The translations under genes were made by a program, and so were the position numbers. A DNA stretch of 64,000 nucleotides, from the NCBI GenBank assembly GCA_964035545.1, contig OZ037770.1, positions 5,054,662 through 5,118,661 on the forward strand, in the 5' to 3' direction. Of the stretch, positions 1 through 11,605 are shown piece after piece. Source of the stretch: Bugula neritina (taxonomy: Eukaryota > Animalia > Bryozoa). Every line of letters starts with the position of its first letter. Position 1 is the first letter of the stretch. The notes beneath the pieces were generated by a model. It was not told the DNA's origin. It saw only the letters and a list, made by a program, of their open reading frames with translations, and did no database searches.

Positions 1-802
1 ACTGAAAATAACTTTTAAATTGGCAGCTCAACAAACCTTTTTGATAGGCATGCTAGTTTGAAACAAATTGCTATTTAGCACACATGACAATGGCGTTGCA
101 TTTCAATTTTGCAGAACCGCCTTTAGTTTTATTTGTTGGACATATTTGTAATCAGCATTTAAAATTACCCCATACAGTAAATTTTCATGAATTTAGAACA
201 AACTGATGCAGAGATGCAAGGAAATTATAAACACGGCAAGGCTAGGTTAAACTTAAAAAAATGAATGATTAGGGCTTAGCTTAGTTACCCTTAGGGATCA
301 TTTGCCTATTACTAAAGAATACACATGATAAAGGCACATACATCTTTATTATATTAATTTCTAAAGATTTCAAAGCATTGGAACCTTAAATTTAGCCTCG
401 GTGGGTAGATACATTTGAATTATAAAGAATCATCTAGTGCCTAGCAGCCATCTTGAATTTCTCAAAATGCTCAAGGGTAAGAAGTCCACATCCACCTGGA
501 AACATTTACCTAGACCCTATATTTGAATAATCAGAAGAGAAAAAAACCTTTATCCGGGAGTGCGAACCTAAGTCAAAAATTGGTGTTTTTCTGCCAGACT
601 AAATGACCCATCTCTTTGATTAGTCTAGAATATTTATGAACATTCCTGTATTCTCATTAGGAAAAACCCGGTAAGTCTATAGGTATATGTACACTCAGAA
701 TTTGTGACATTATTGTTATACTAATATTGGGTATCTGTATGAAAACTATTATATCAATTACCTGTAGTTAGTTCTAATAATAGAAGTACTATATATTATT
801 AG

Positions 803-2805
803 AATACAGAGACTACAGAAGTTACAGGAACTCAACATTTCACAAAATAACTTCACCAGTCTACCATCTTCAGTGTGTGCATTGAGTAATCTGCACACAC
901 TAAATATATCCTACAACAGATCCATGAAATCTTTGAACCCTGAGATACTACAGCTAACACATCTTGGGTCCTTCAATACAGATGGATGTAATGCTCTAAC
1001 ATCTCCTCCACAAGAAGTCTGTAAAAGAGGACTCGATGCTGTGCGACAATACTACACAGACTTGGCTGAAGGTGCTGGTAGAAATCTTCCATTTGCGACA
1101 ATAGCAGTGTTGGGGAACACCATGGCAGGTAAAACCAGTCTAATTCGAACATTACAGAGCACTGACAGGAAGAGAGTTCTGACTGACAGAAGTCTTAATG
1201 CAGAGCATGATGAGACCACAAAGGTGTTTAATGTGGAAGAGGTGGAGGTGGATGGTACAACTCTTCGTCTCATAGATATGGGAGGCCAGGAGGTCTACCA
1301 TATCACATACCATTTAACAATGAGACAGAATTGTGTACCAGTCATTGTAGTCAACATGGAGCAGTATGATCAGATTTCGAAAATATCTACAGACAGAGAG
1401 GCTGTGAGAAAGCTGGCTTTTGACTTCATATCTCACCTCTATCTCGCTCATCCATCTCTTGGCCCACCTAAGCTTGTTTTCACACACAAGGACAAGTTTC
1501 CGAGGGAAGTTTTCCAACAGCTTCGAAGAAATTTTCTTGAAGTGTCTGAGCAGTTATGCAAAAATATTCTTGAAGAAGAGAAAAGTTTAGAAGGTGACTT
1601 TGCTCGAATTCAACATTTCACTGAATCAAATGGAAAAATCTTTGAAAAGGAAAGCATCTATGAGGTTGGGAAATTTGATGAGTACAAGATATTCGAATTG
1701 ATTAAAAAATCTCTTCTTCAAAGTTGCCAACAATTTATCAAACTCCTTCCAAAAGTCTGGGAGGATGTCAACACAAAAGTATTGTCATTGCAGTCTGCAC
1801 ACAATACCTTTGATGAAATCTTGGCAGAGATAAAGAAAGAACGGAATGACATTGATAGAAACCAATTAGATACGATTATCATGTACATGCATGATTGTGG
1901 AAAAGTTCTCTGGTATAGGAATATTGATGCACTCAGGCCATACATATTTCACAAGATCACGGAAGTTACCAAACTACTGTGTGTCTTGTATCACCATGAT
2001 CCAAACATCTGGCAGAGCAGAGTAGATCAGTTCAAACCATATTTTTCAAGAGGAGTGAGAATTGAGAAGCAGGACATTGAAGAATCTGTGAACTACTTCA
2101 AAGCAACCGGCTTAATGATGCAATCCCTTCTTGAATATGTGATTGCTCAGGAAACTTCATTCAGCGATCCAGGTGATGTTGAAATTGGGCTTCACTTGCT
2201 CAGCACGTTCCGTTTGTTGTATAGCCCTAGGAATGATGAATCTGATGATCCTTACTTCATAGTCCCTCAGTTTGCCACAGAATCCTACAGCCTCTCCTAC
2301 ACTCCACAAAAGGCGCTGATGCTTCATACCGAGACTCAGTTTAATGGTCTGGCATTACCGCAGCATGTCTACCATCAAATGACGGTCGGTTTGTTAGAAA
2401 TGTTTTCTAAAGAGTTTGCTACAATGCAAGTGAAGAAGAATGGTGCTAACGTCTACCAAGATGAAATATACACACAACTGGTACACGATTACGCATTGAG
2501 AAGAGTTTTACTTTACATTTCATCTGATGCGTCCAACATTTCCAGAATGTGGGAGAAACTCATTTCGGTCAACAACAACATCCTCAGACATGTTATGGAG
2601 ACTTGGACTGCTAGTCGACCAGTCACTACCTGCATTTGTGCTCACTGCTTGCTACTGGGGGTTTCCTGTCCTAAAAAAGTCCTTCACCCCAAATGGTGTT
2701 TTCGATCCTTAAAAAACCTGCTGTCACCTAATGTCAGAAAGTGTGATGGATCTTCAAAGATGTTATGTAATGAAGAGGAGGTCCCTAGCGTTTTAATACA
2801 CCCAT
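803..2805 (+). CDS. Copy A large exon: last LRRs + Roc GTPase + COR
   Basis: ORF 873-2852; acceptor ttag|A at 803 (phase 2), donor T|gtatgt at 2806; Roc motifs. Confidence 0.9.
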
Positions 2806-5800
2806 GTATGTTCATTCATAAAATTGAATTTCAACCGAAATATTTTAAATAATTGTTTCAACAAGTAAATATTTACTACTTTGTGTTAAAAAACTTTTAG
2901 TAAAAATTTGAAGCAATTGGTTAAATACTTTGTCTTAATTTTAAAATGGCAACTTAAAAGCATAAGCTCCTATTCACATGTCATTATCTCAGAATTTAAA
3001 TTATTCAACGTTTAATAATACTAATCTTGTTTGTTTTATTCAGGTGAAAAATTGTCAGAAACAGAAACAAATAAGTTGAAGATGCTAGTTGCTGAGCTCA
3101 AACTGCGAGGAGATCAGAACAATTCAACTGGTAAATTCTTTTAGACAGAACTTGATGTTGGTCATTTTACTTAAGTTAGTATAGGAGTATGACCTGTGTC
3201 ATGAACACACCTGAATAATCAAGGTTCTTCTTAATTTTGCTTGATTTCTCATGTTTTTTTTTCAATCATTCAGCTACTTTTGACTGCAGAGTGAAAAAAA
3301 CCATAACTCTCTGAAATCAAAAGTAGCTCAATAATTAGAAAAAACATGGGAAATCAAGCAAAATTTAGAAGAACCTTGATTTTTTAGGTGTGTTCATTTA
3401 GGCTTTACTACTTTTGGGCAAAACCCATGTTCATTAGCAGCTAAATTGTAAAAAATAGCTATAAACAGGAGATTTCCAGTGTGTACTAAATTAAGTAAAA
3501 TGACCTATGTGTACAGCCACCACTTGATAAAACTCCTTGTTTTGCAAAGCTGGCCATACATGTAGATATCTAAAAGCTTTTTTATGCATTGGTCAATTGT
3601 AATCCATTGCTTTTTTGCTGTTAATGATTAGGCAAAATTTTAACTGTATAGTTTTCAAATGATGACAAAAATCAACTGTTCACATGACTGTCTAGAAATG
3701 TTAGCTGATGATCTGAGTGATCTCTCTGAAGATGATGGCAATCTGTACCTCAATGGAGAGAATGGGGAAGGCCTGAAGTTGATACAACTTGAATTGAAGT
3801 CAACCACCAACCCAAAGATAAAGCAGCTGTTCTCAGATACTGACAAGGTGAATGTATCAGTTGATGAATATATTATGTCTATAGACTCTCTCTACTAGAT
3901 AAACATGTCTAGTCGTTGAACTACTTCTAGAAAAAGATCAGTCTGTGTGACAGCCGATCCGATAGTGGTTACTGTATCAGCTGGTACTTGTTGCTACGTC
4001 AACACGGGTGCTGTTTGGCACAGATGCCTATGTTTTGTGATTCATTTAATGAAGGGTGAATGGATGGAGGACACAGATGCAAGCCACAACTCTATTTTTG
4101 TCTATTGCCAACAGTATATTTTTCAAGTTAGACCTCATTCATACTTAAAATCATACTCATAATTGCACTCATAATGTACTTGTACTTTACTGTAACCTAT
4201 AACCCTGAAAATTACAAACATATTGTTAACTTAACATTAATTACAAAGCTGACAAAACATTTAGTTAATGAAGTTCAAAACAAAAGATAATATACGTAAT
4301 ACTTGATACTTACAATTATTTTGACAGTTAAGAATAGATTGCCTGCATCTTTAGCAGGAGGACAATTGAGCTACACTGACTCATCGGTCAAAAACTGTCA
4401 GTAAATAGCTATCGCGAAAGCTTTCACAAATAGCTTTCGTTACACAATGATTTTTGGAAAGCTGCCAAAAAGCCACTGCAACAGTCTAAATGCAATTTTT
4501 CAGTTTACATCAGTTAACTTTTAATTTTTAGCCATTTTAGTTTTTGAGCTGTGTCTGTTTGGTTAAGGTTCAATCTGTTGTCACATGCAAATTAGGATGT
4601 ATATATAGTTTTGTGATTTTTAGCTACTTTGATGTACTGGTTTGTGCACCTGCTTGTAAATTTCTATGGCTTATTTTGGGTTTTTGAGAAGACTGGGAGT
4701 AGCATAAGTAGTTTTCCGAGAGAGATCTATAAAAAGCCAGGTGTAAATAAAGAGGAGAGGTAGAGAGGTCAGAGGTGTTTTGGAGAAGTGAATGGGATGT
4801 AGTGTTAACATTGCCCAGCAGTCTTTGTTGAGTAATTCTAGTGGAGCAAATATTTAATAATGTCGTTTTTTCCTGAAACCTTTAAACTTCTCTGTACTTC
4901 TACCATAATTTTCTGTTGCATCTGATAGTATCTTTAGAATTAGTGAACTTTTTGTTAACATGGTTTGGCTTTGAAAACTCAGTGCATATATGAGACTTTA
5001 AATGTCAAAATATATGACATGTCAATATAGCCAAGCATCGTCATTAGTTACTTCTATTGCTTTACCATGCAATTTATATACTTGATTTGTAGAAATTTAG
5101 GGTTGATTGCAACCTATTATCAATTGACCATAATCAATGTAATTGCAGCCTACTCTTGTTTTTAAACCATACTTTAATAGTCTTTTTTAATGCTTAAACG
5201 ATTACCAAATGCAATGGAATGTTTCATTGTTAAAAATATCATTTGCTGTAATACAATAGTTTATGCTACTCAAATAGCTAATAAACATATAAAAGATAAA
5301 ATACAAAAAGTAACTGAGGTGTAAAATGAATTTTACAAAAGGTTGTTTGACTGGTGTTTTACAAGACATAGAACTTTGAGGCCGGTTTAGAGTTTTAAAA
5401 TCTAACTTCATATTAGCTATTTATTTTTAAAGTGTTTCATCTTATACTGGATAATTTGACTCCTGTACGTCACTACTTTATGCAATACTCTAACTATATT
5501 TGTATCCAGGTGTTCAGTATGACCAGAGAGAGAGAGGAAGAGCTCTGATAATAAACAACAAGCATTTTGTTGAAAGACCAGACTTATGCAGGGAAGGTTC
5601 AGATGCTGATGCTGAGAACATGTCTGTCATGTTGAAATCTCTCAAGTTTGATGTTGAGACAAACACAGACCTAAAGGCAGGGGTATGTTGTTGTTATGGT
5701 GAAAACAATGCGAGCACTATTTAACCATTAAACCTCAAAAATTCACACAATGATGGACTGTAACTGTTCAGTTTATCAATGCCCAAAAATTAGGACTATA

Positions 5801-7468
5801 TAGAAAACCCTAAGCATGTTTGCTGATCACAATTTTCTTGTTTGCAGGTTGGATAATTATTATTTTATTCAGTTTTCATAACTTTGTATCAGTTATTAAA
5901 CATATTTCTTTTCATATTGGTAGGAAATGATGTCTGCTGTGAAGTCTGAGATAAGAATAGAGAAAAACAATGGCTTGGGCTGTCAAATACTGGTTATTAT
6001 GACTCATGGTGGAGAAGATAACTGCATATATGGAGCTGACCTTGAGCAGGTCAACCTTACAGACTTCTATGATTTACTTGCTCCTTTGAGTCTGAAGCCT
6101 AAACCTACAGTTGTTATCTTAGAAGCTTGCAGTGGAGGTAATTACATTTTTGTATAGGAAACTTTCATTTTTAGTCAAGTAGTGAAAATAATACAGAGAC
6201 CCTTGAAAAGCTCTTTCTGAACTGATCAAATTTCTTTTTTACTCACGATGCAAGTTTAAATGCATTTGTTTTTCTTACAGCAAACATTGATGTGAATCCA
6301 GACAGATCAGGTCTTGCAGCAGCTCAAGAAGAAGAAACTGAAGCTGTCTCTTCTGTACATTCTGAAGCTAATGATGATGATATTGTATATCCTGAAACAC
6401 CCAGTGTAATAAGACCCATCAGACCTGTCTCACCACCAGAATATAGAGTAGAAGAACATATGACAAGACTGGATGTTGATAATCTTCTTGTTCTGAAGAG
6501 TAACGTCTGCTGTAAGTATAATAAGAGACAGTGATTGGCTGATATTTCTAAACTGTTGTACTTTGTCACCTATCTAAAAAATGTTCTTTGCCTTTTTCTT
6601 GCGTTACTTCTACATTTTTAATCTTGTTGACTTGATAAGCTTCTTTAAACTGAGGTGACTAAAATGTTTTCTGGAACTTTGAGATTTAAGTTGTAGTACA
6701 CTATAGCTTAAAACATTTTAGACTTTGTCGGACTAGACCATGATTTTGGCTGCATTTAATATTATTATAGCATCAAAAAGACATCCTGAGTATGGATCTC
6801 CCATGATTAGAGTCCTAATATCTTCAATCTACAAACATGCCTGTCACCGTGATCTCTACACCATCTTTCAGCAGGTAAGTTAAAAGCTCAAAAGGTTTTT
6901 GCTATTTTAGCTTTTACGCCAAAAACTATTCCTCATCGTGGCATCTCTTCCATCTCCATGTGTTCAAACCATCATGTCATTTGAAAAAAACAATTTAAGT
7001 TGTTCTGAGTACAAGATAATGTCATTCAATGCTTTATTTGTTTAAGTTGTAGAGTTTAGTCTCTGTTGTTATGGTTTCTTTAGAGTACTGGCTCAGTACT
7101 ATATTGATAGTTTCTCTCCTTTTTTAATATGTTCTTGTAGTCTGCGCTAATAACTGGTCCACTTTATCAAATGACTTTACTGTATCGGACAACTCCAAAA
7201 GTTTTACTACTTAAGATTGTTAAAGTAGGATACAATATTCTAACAGCTGGGAGTTGTACTTTATTACTTTTAGTAGTGAACTGATAAACAGTCTTACTAG
7301 TCATTACTTACTCTACAGGTACAGACTAAACTAGTGAAGAAACTGTATGCAGATGAAGATTCAGAGAGAAGCAGAAATTTGATTGTAATCTGGAAGACTC
7401 TTCCTCCCCGTAAAAGACTTTACCTGTTTCCAGGCTTTGATGGGTTGGATGAAGAGGCCAAATCCTAA
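803..7468 (+). CDS. LRR-Roc-COR-caspase gene copy A (5' LRR exons lie outside the window). Exons 803-2805, 3044-3130, 3696-3847, 5510-5682, 5924-6137, 6281-6511, 6771-6874, 7319-7468. Frameshifted at about 5525-5541 if all exons are used
   Basis: GT-AG boundaries with exon lengths identical to copy B except the first caspase exon (173 vs 171 nt). LRRs, Roc G1 GNTMAGKTS, G3 DMGG, G4 THKD, COR, then caspase ALIINN, MTHG, EACSG, SKRHPEYGS, LYLFPG. Confidence 0.85.
3159..3506. mobile_element. Palindromic MITE in intron (paralogous copy at 56749-57172)
   Basis: TIRs GGTCATTTTACTTAA...TTAAGTAAAATGACC, long internal inverted repeat, apparent ATGT TSD. Confidence 0.7.
3946..4483. mobile_element. Probable solo LTR, present only in copy A
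   Basis: TGT...ACA termini, flanks GTCTG/GTCTA, empty site cagtctgaacgc near 57606 in copy B. Confidence 0.65.
5510..7468 (+). CDS. Copy A caspase (peptidase C14A) exons
   Basis: RGRALIINNKHF, R-x-GS-x-x-D, ILVIMTHG, VILEACSG, GSPMI, KRLYLFPG; stop TAA 7466-7468; AATAAA at 8047. Confidence 0.85.
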
Positions 7469-8280
7469 CTCAATACATGACTTTATTTGTAATTTGCACA
7501 ACACTCAGTTTAAGTTTGACTAAAATTCCGTGACCATTAAACCTAAACAGATAGTGAGTTTGTGTGAATGGGTTATGATTACTTGACAGTCAAATTATCT
7601 GTCAAATATTTTTTTAACTTTTGTATCTTACTTTAAGTATAGAGCTATATACTGATAACATTTACTTCTGTAAATTAGCTTGTGATTTCATCTCATATTG
7701 AATAATCATATTACTTGGTATAGGCTGTACTGTCATATTACAGGAATGATAAAATCAGTTCACTTGTGATTCTGTATGTTCTGCCTATATATAGGTTACT
7801 ATGCTATAGTATTTAGTATAATATGGTTGCAGTTGATTTTATATCTTGTAAAACAATAACCATTCCTGTTTATATCAATTATATGGTTTTTACTTAGCCA
7901 AATTTATTATCATTTATGTTTTGATGTGACACTAAGCACTGACTATGTTGTTTCAGCACATGTTCTAACTGCTATGCTAACATTATTATCATAATTTCAG
8001 TCGCTTAATGCTAATATCTATCAAAGATTGCTCTTTACATATTATCAATAAATATCATTCAAATAGTTTATGTAAAAATTTTTAAATGCTTTTATTATTC
8101 CAAGTCCGTAAAATTTCACTTCAATAATCTGTGACTTAACTAACAAGTCCATTATCTACAAATAATAGTCATTAAATCCGTCATGTTCTTATCTGCATCT
8201 GCAAACCAATCATTTCTCAAATGAGCTAATAAAATGATGAAATCAATTTTTATTGAATGCTATTCAGACATTTTGCGCAG

Positions 8281-11200
8281 ATAGGGTTCATTAGTCTGTG
8301 AAGACAGCTCATTTCGAAGAAAGAAAACTCTGATCTCAAACGTCCTATGCCTTGCGGCGATACTCAACCAAGAAAGAGGCTTGGGAAGTAAACCCCAAGG
8401 ATAAATCAGGAGTTCGAGCCCTGAAGGCATTTTGTTGTTATTTATAACCTCATTCTGACAGCTACTGCGACGGCGCTGGTGCCGAACTGTAACGCCCTGT
8501 AGCAGCCCTGCTTTTCTATTGGATATGCCAGCGACGTGGAGAAAGATGACATGAACAACAGTGTAAACTAAACCATCCCTGGTTTGTAAACAGGCACAAT
8601 GTGGTCTTCAGTCTCTACTGATGTTTTATTGGTAAAACTGTCGTGAAAACTACAATTAATGAAGTTGTGAATATGCCATAATGAATGAAAATATGTGATA
8701 AAATTTTTCTCAGTGATTATTTGACACTAACTAATAAGCTTCAACTAAAGAACAAGTCTTGCTATAAAAATCAGTATACACCATTCAAATTATTAAAATT
8801 GTTATTAAAAAAGATGATACAAATGCCATAAATAATTGTCAAAAATACTACAATAACAATAATTACTTTGTTAGATCATCCAGGAATGGAGCTTATAACT
8901 TTGATGTTAATGTAGTAGGTATTTATTTCCTACTTTGATAATATTGATTCAAATGCAACAAAAATTTAACATAACGTAAGTAAAAGGTTAGCATAGAATG
9001 AGAGCTGAGAGTAAAAAATACTTCAATGAATGAATTATTTCAGGAGGCTGATTGTGTAAAAAACTATTCATATAACTTAGTCATAGTGAAATCATACACA
9101 TGGGGAAATCATGTTGACTTTCGTGTGCAAATTTGTCATAGCCATGAAAGCAAAACAGCTACATATACATGACTAATGTAATGGTTTTCTAATTATAGGT
9201 ACATTGGTTAACTTTGTTTGTTTTCACTGGCATTCCAATTGATTACAAACAGCCTGTTCTCCATATGATCAATGCCCAGTATACACCCACACACCATTAG
9301 TTTTTTTTCACTGGAGAAATCACTTCAGTTTTGCCTTCTGTGTAGATACAACACCGGGAACAGCAGATACAGGTTGTAAGCTGTCGCTCGATTGGCATAG
9401 AGCAGGGCACCAGGGGTTGTTTCCGTCGGTGGGAGAGGCTTTTAGATTTCATTGTACAGCTGCTGCTCGCTATAAGCTAGGCAGCTCCCAGCCAGTTACG
9501 TGCTTTTTTGCCACTGTCCGCTTTCCTCATTGGGTGCATGGGAAATAAGAGACATGATTAGCTCATTGTGACACTCTAAAAAAGCACTACTGGTTTTATG
9601 GTAGGGGCAGTGTTCTAATTCTTCAAGAGTGTACAGAGTTGGTTTTTAGTGAGGGACAGCTTCTTTAATATGGTAGAACCATGTAGTAACAGCTTATAAA
9701 GCGACACATGACATTTCACCTCAACACTACCAGTGGCCCTGTCAACTTTGACAGTGTATATGCTCCAACGCTATCCGCCACACCAGATGACAAGGACACG
9801 TTTTATAAGAACCTCACAACCATCACCAGGACCATTTCCAGCACAGAACAATTATTCCTACTGGGGGATTCCAATGCCAAATTGAGTGCTGATCATGACT
9901 CATTTCTCCCGCTTAAGACGCTTTGGTGTCGGAAGAGCGAATGATAATGGTCAGATATTGCTTGAACTCAGTGTCCTCTACAACTTGTGCATTACTAACA
10001 CTTATTTCAAAGCTAAGCCACAAAATTTTCTAGAGATACCCACGTTGCAACCAATCCCTATTAGACATAATGCCATCAGGAATGTTTTCCACACTCGCTC
10101 CTGTCACAGTGCAGAGTGTGACACTGGCCACTTTCTTGCATGCTGCGAAATTAGGCTTCTACCAAAGCCGTTTTAACATACAAAAAACTGGGCACTCTTG
10201 CATACATATTACTAACAAGTCATAACCTGACCTTGTGGATCAATTTCCTGATGTTTTTTCAAAAATAATTCTTTTCCTCACAGCCTGGAAAATCTGCCAC
10301 AGCAAAGTGATAGGCTCTGCAAAACTCAATGCGCATTGCAGCCTTGACCACTTTTGGTAAAAAGACATCAAAGTCACATGATTGGTTTGATGCAAAGTCA
10401 ACTGAAATGACACCGATCATTGAAGCTTACCATGCTGCCTTGACAGAATACAAACGATCACCTAGTGACCAAAAACCTACGTGTTCTGAGGGCTGCCAGG
10501 AGTAAAACTACACAGAGCGCTAGGCGTTACGCCAATAAGTACTGCATGGTCTGAGCTTAGGGAGAGTATCCAAAATGCACCGCAACAGTTAACTAGCAAT
10601 GTGTGATGGCATCATGCAAGAAGGTAATAAGACCAATCTAAAGCAAGACAGCTTCTCTCAAACCTTTCACTAGAGAAGTCATCACTGACAAAGGAAAACA
10701 GATGGAGCGATGGGTAGAACACTACACCAACCTACACTCTCACCAGAATGTTGTATCTTCTTCTGCTCTTGATGCAGTTGAATGTATGTCCACTATTGAT
10801 GATTTTGATGGTGAAAGCACTGCGCATTACCCTAATAACGCCATTGATAGTTTGTCTTAGAGCAAGACACCTGGCAGTAATGCACTATCTTTTGATTACA
10901 TCAAGTGCTGCAAAACTGATCTTTTGCATCCCCTGCATGTCAATGCTGAGAAGAAGGTGCTGTGCCACGAGACTTGAGAGATGCAAACTTTACAAGAATG
11001 AGGGAGACAAAAAAGGTTTCTACAATTAAAGAGACATCTATCATACTACTCAGCATCATTGGCAAAGTATTTGCCGAAGTCATCCTGGCTCGCCTACAGA
11101 TACTACTGAACGGGTCTACCCGAGTCGCAGTGTGGTTTCCGTGCCGCAATTGACATGATCTTCTCTTTGCGACAGCTCCAGGAAAAGTGTAAAGAGCAAA

Positions 11201-11605
11201 AGATGCTTTTCTATGTTGCCTTTGTCAAATTGACAAAGGCTTTGTTCTGGTCAACAGAAAAGGGTTGCAAAAAAAATCCTTCCAGAGATCGTCTGCTTTT
11301 CAAAGCTGCAAAGCACGATAGATTCTTTTCACAATAAGATGAAGGGGACAGCAATGTTTGACAGCAACCTTTCGGAACCCTCCGACATACGAAGTGGAGC
11401 CAAACAAGGCTGCATTCTTGCACCAACACTCTTTGGTGTCTTCTTTGCCACGCTCTCAAAGCGCGCTTTCGATAATACATCAGAAGGTAGTTACCTACAA
11501 ACTAAATTCAATAATAAACTCTTCAACGTTGCCTGACTCAGAGCCTCCAAAAAGGTTTTTCAAGTTGTCATCAAAGACATGCTGGTTGCTCATGATGCTG
11601 CTTTG
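8281..11605 (+). mobile_element. Degenerate RTE-clade LINE (5' UTR, APE endonuclease and RT fragments)
   Basis: Fragments SVYAPTLSATPDDKDTFY, LLGDSNA, NDNGQILLEL, DMIFSLRQLQEKCKEQ, SGAKQGCILAPTLF; many stops and frameshifts. Confidence 0.85.
8562..9247. mobile_element. Probable solo LTR nested in the RTE 5' region
   Basis: TGTAA...TTACA termini, perfect 5-bp TSD AACAG, empty site in copy B near 61591. Confidence 0.7.

Noticed and set aside
1-610. Probable DNA-transposon end in the copy A intron (not shared with copy B)
   Set aside because: The other terminus is outside the window, so it cannot be classified.
2806-2852. ORF-track C-terminus MFIHKIEFQPKYFK (also 56394-56440) suggesting a stand-alone 659-aa Roc-COR protein
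   Set aside because: Read-through into an intron: a conserved gtatgt donor and phase-compatible downstream exons exist, and the ORF starts are GTG/TTG inside an exon.
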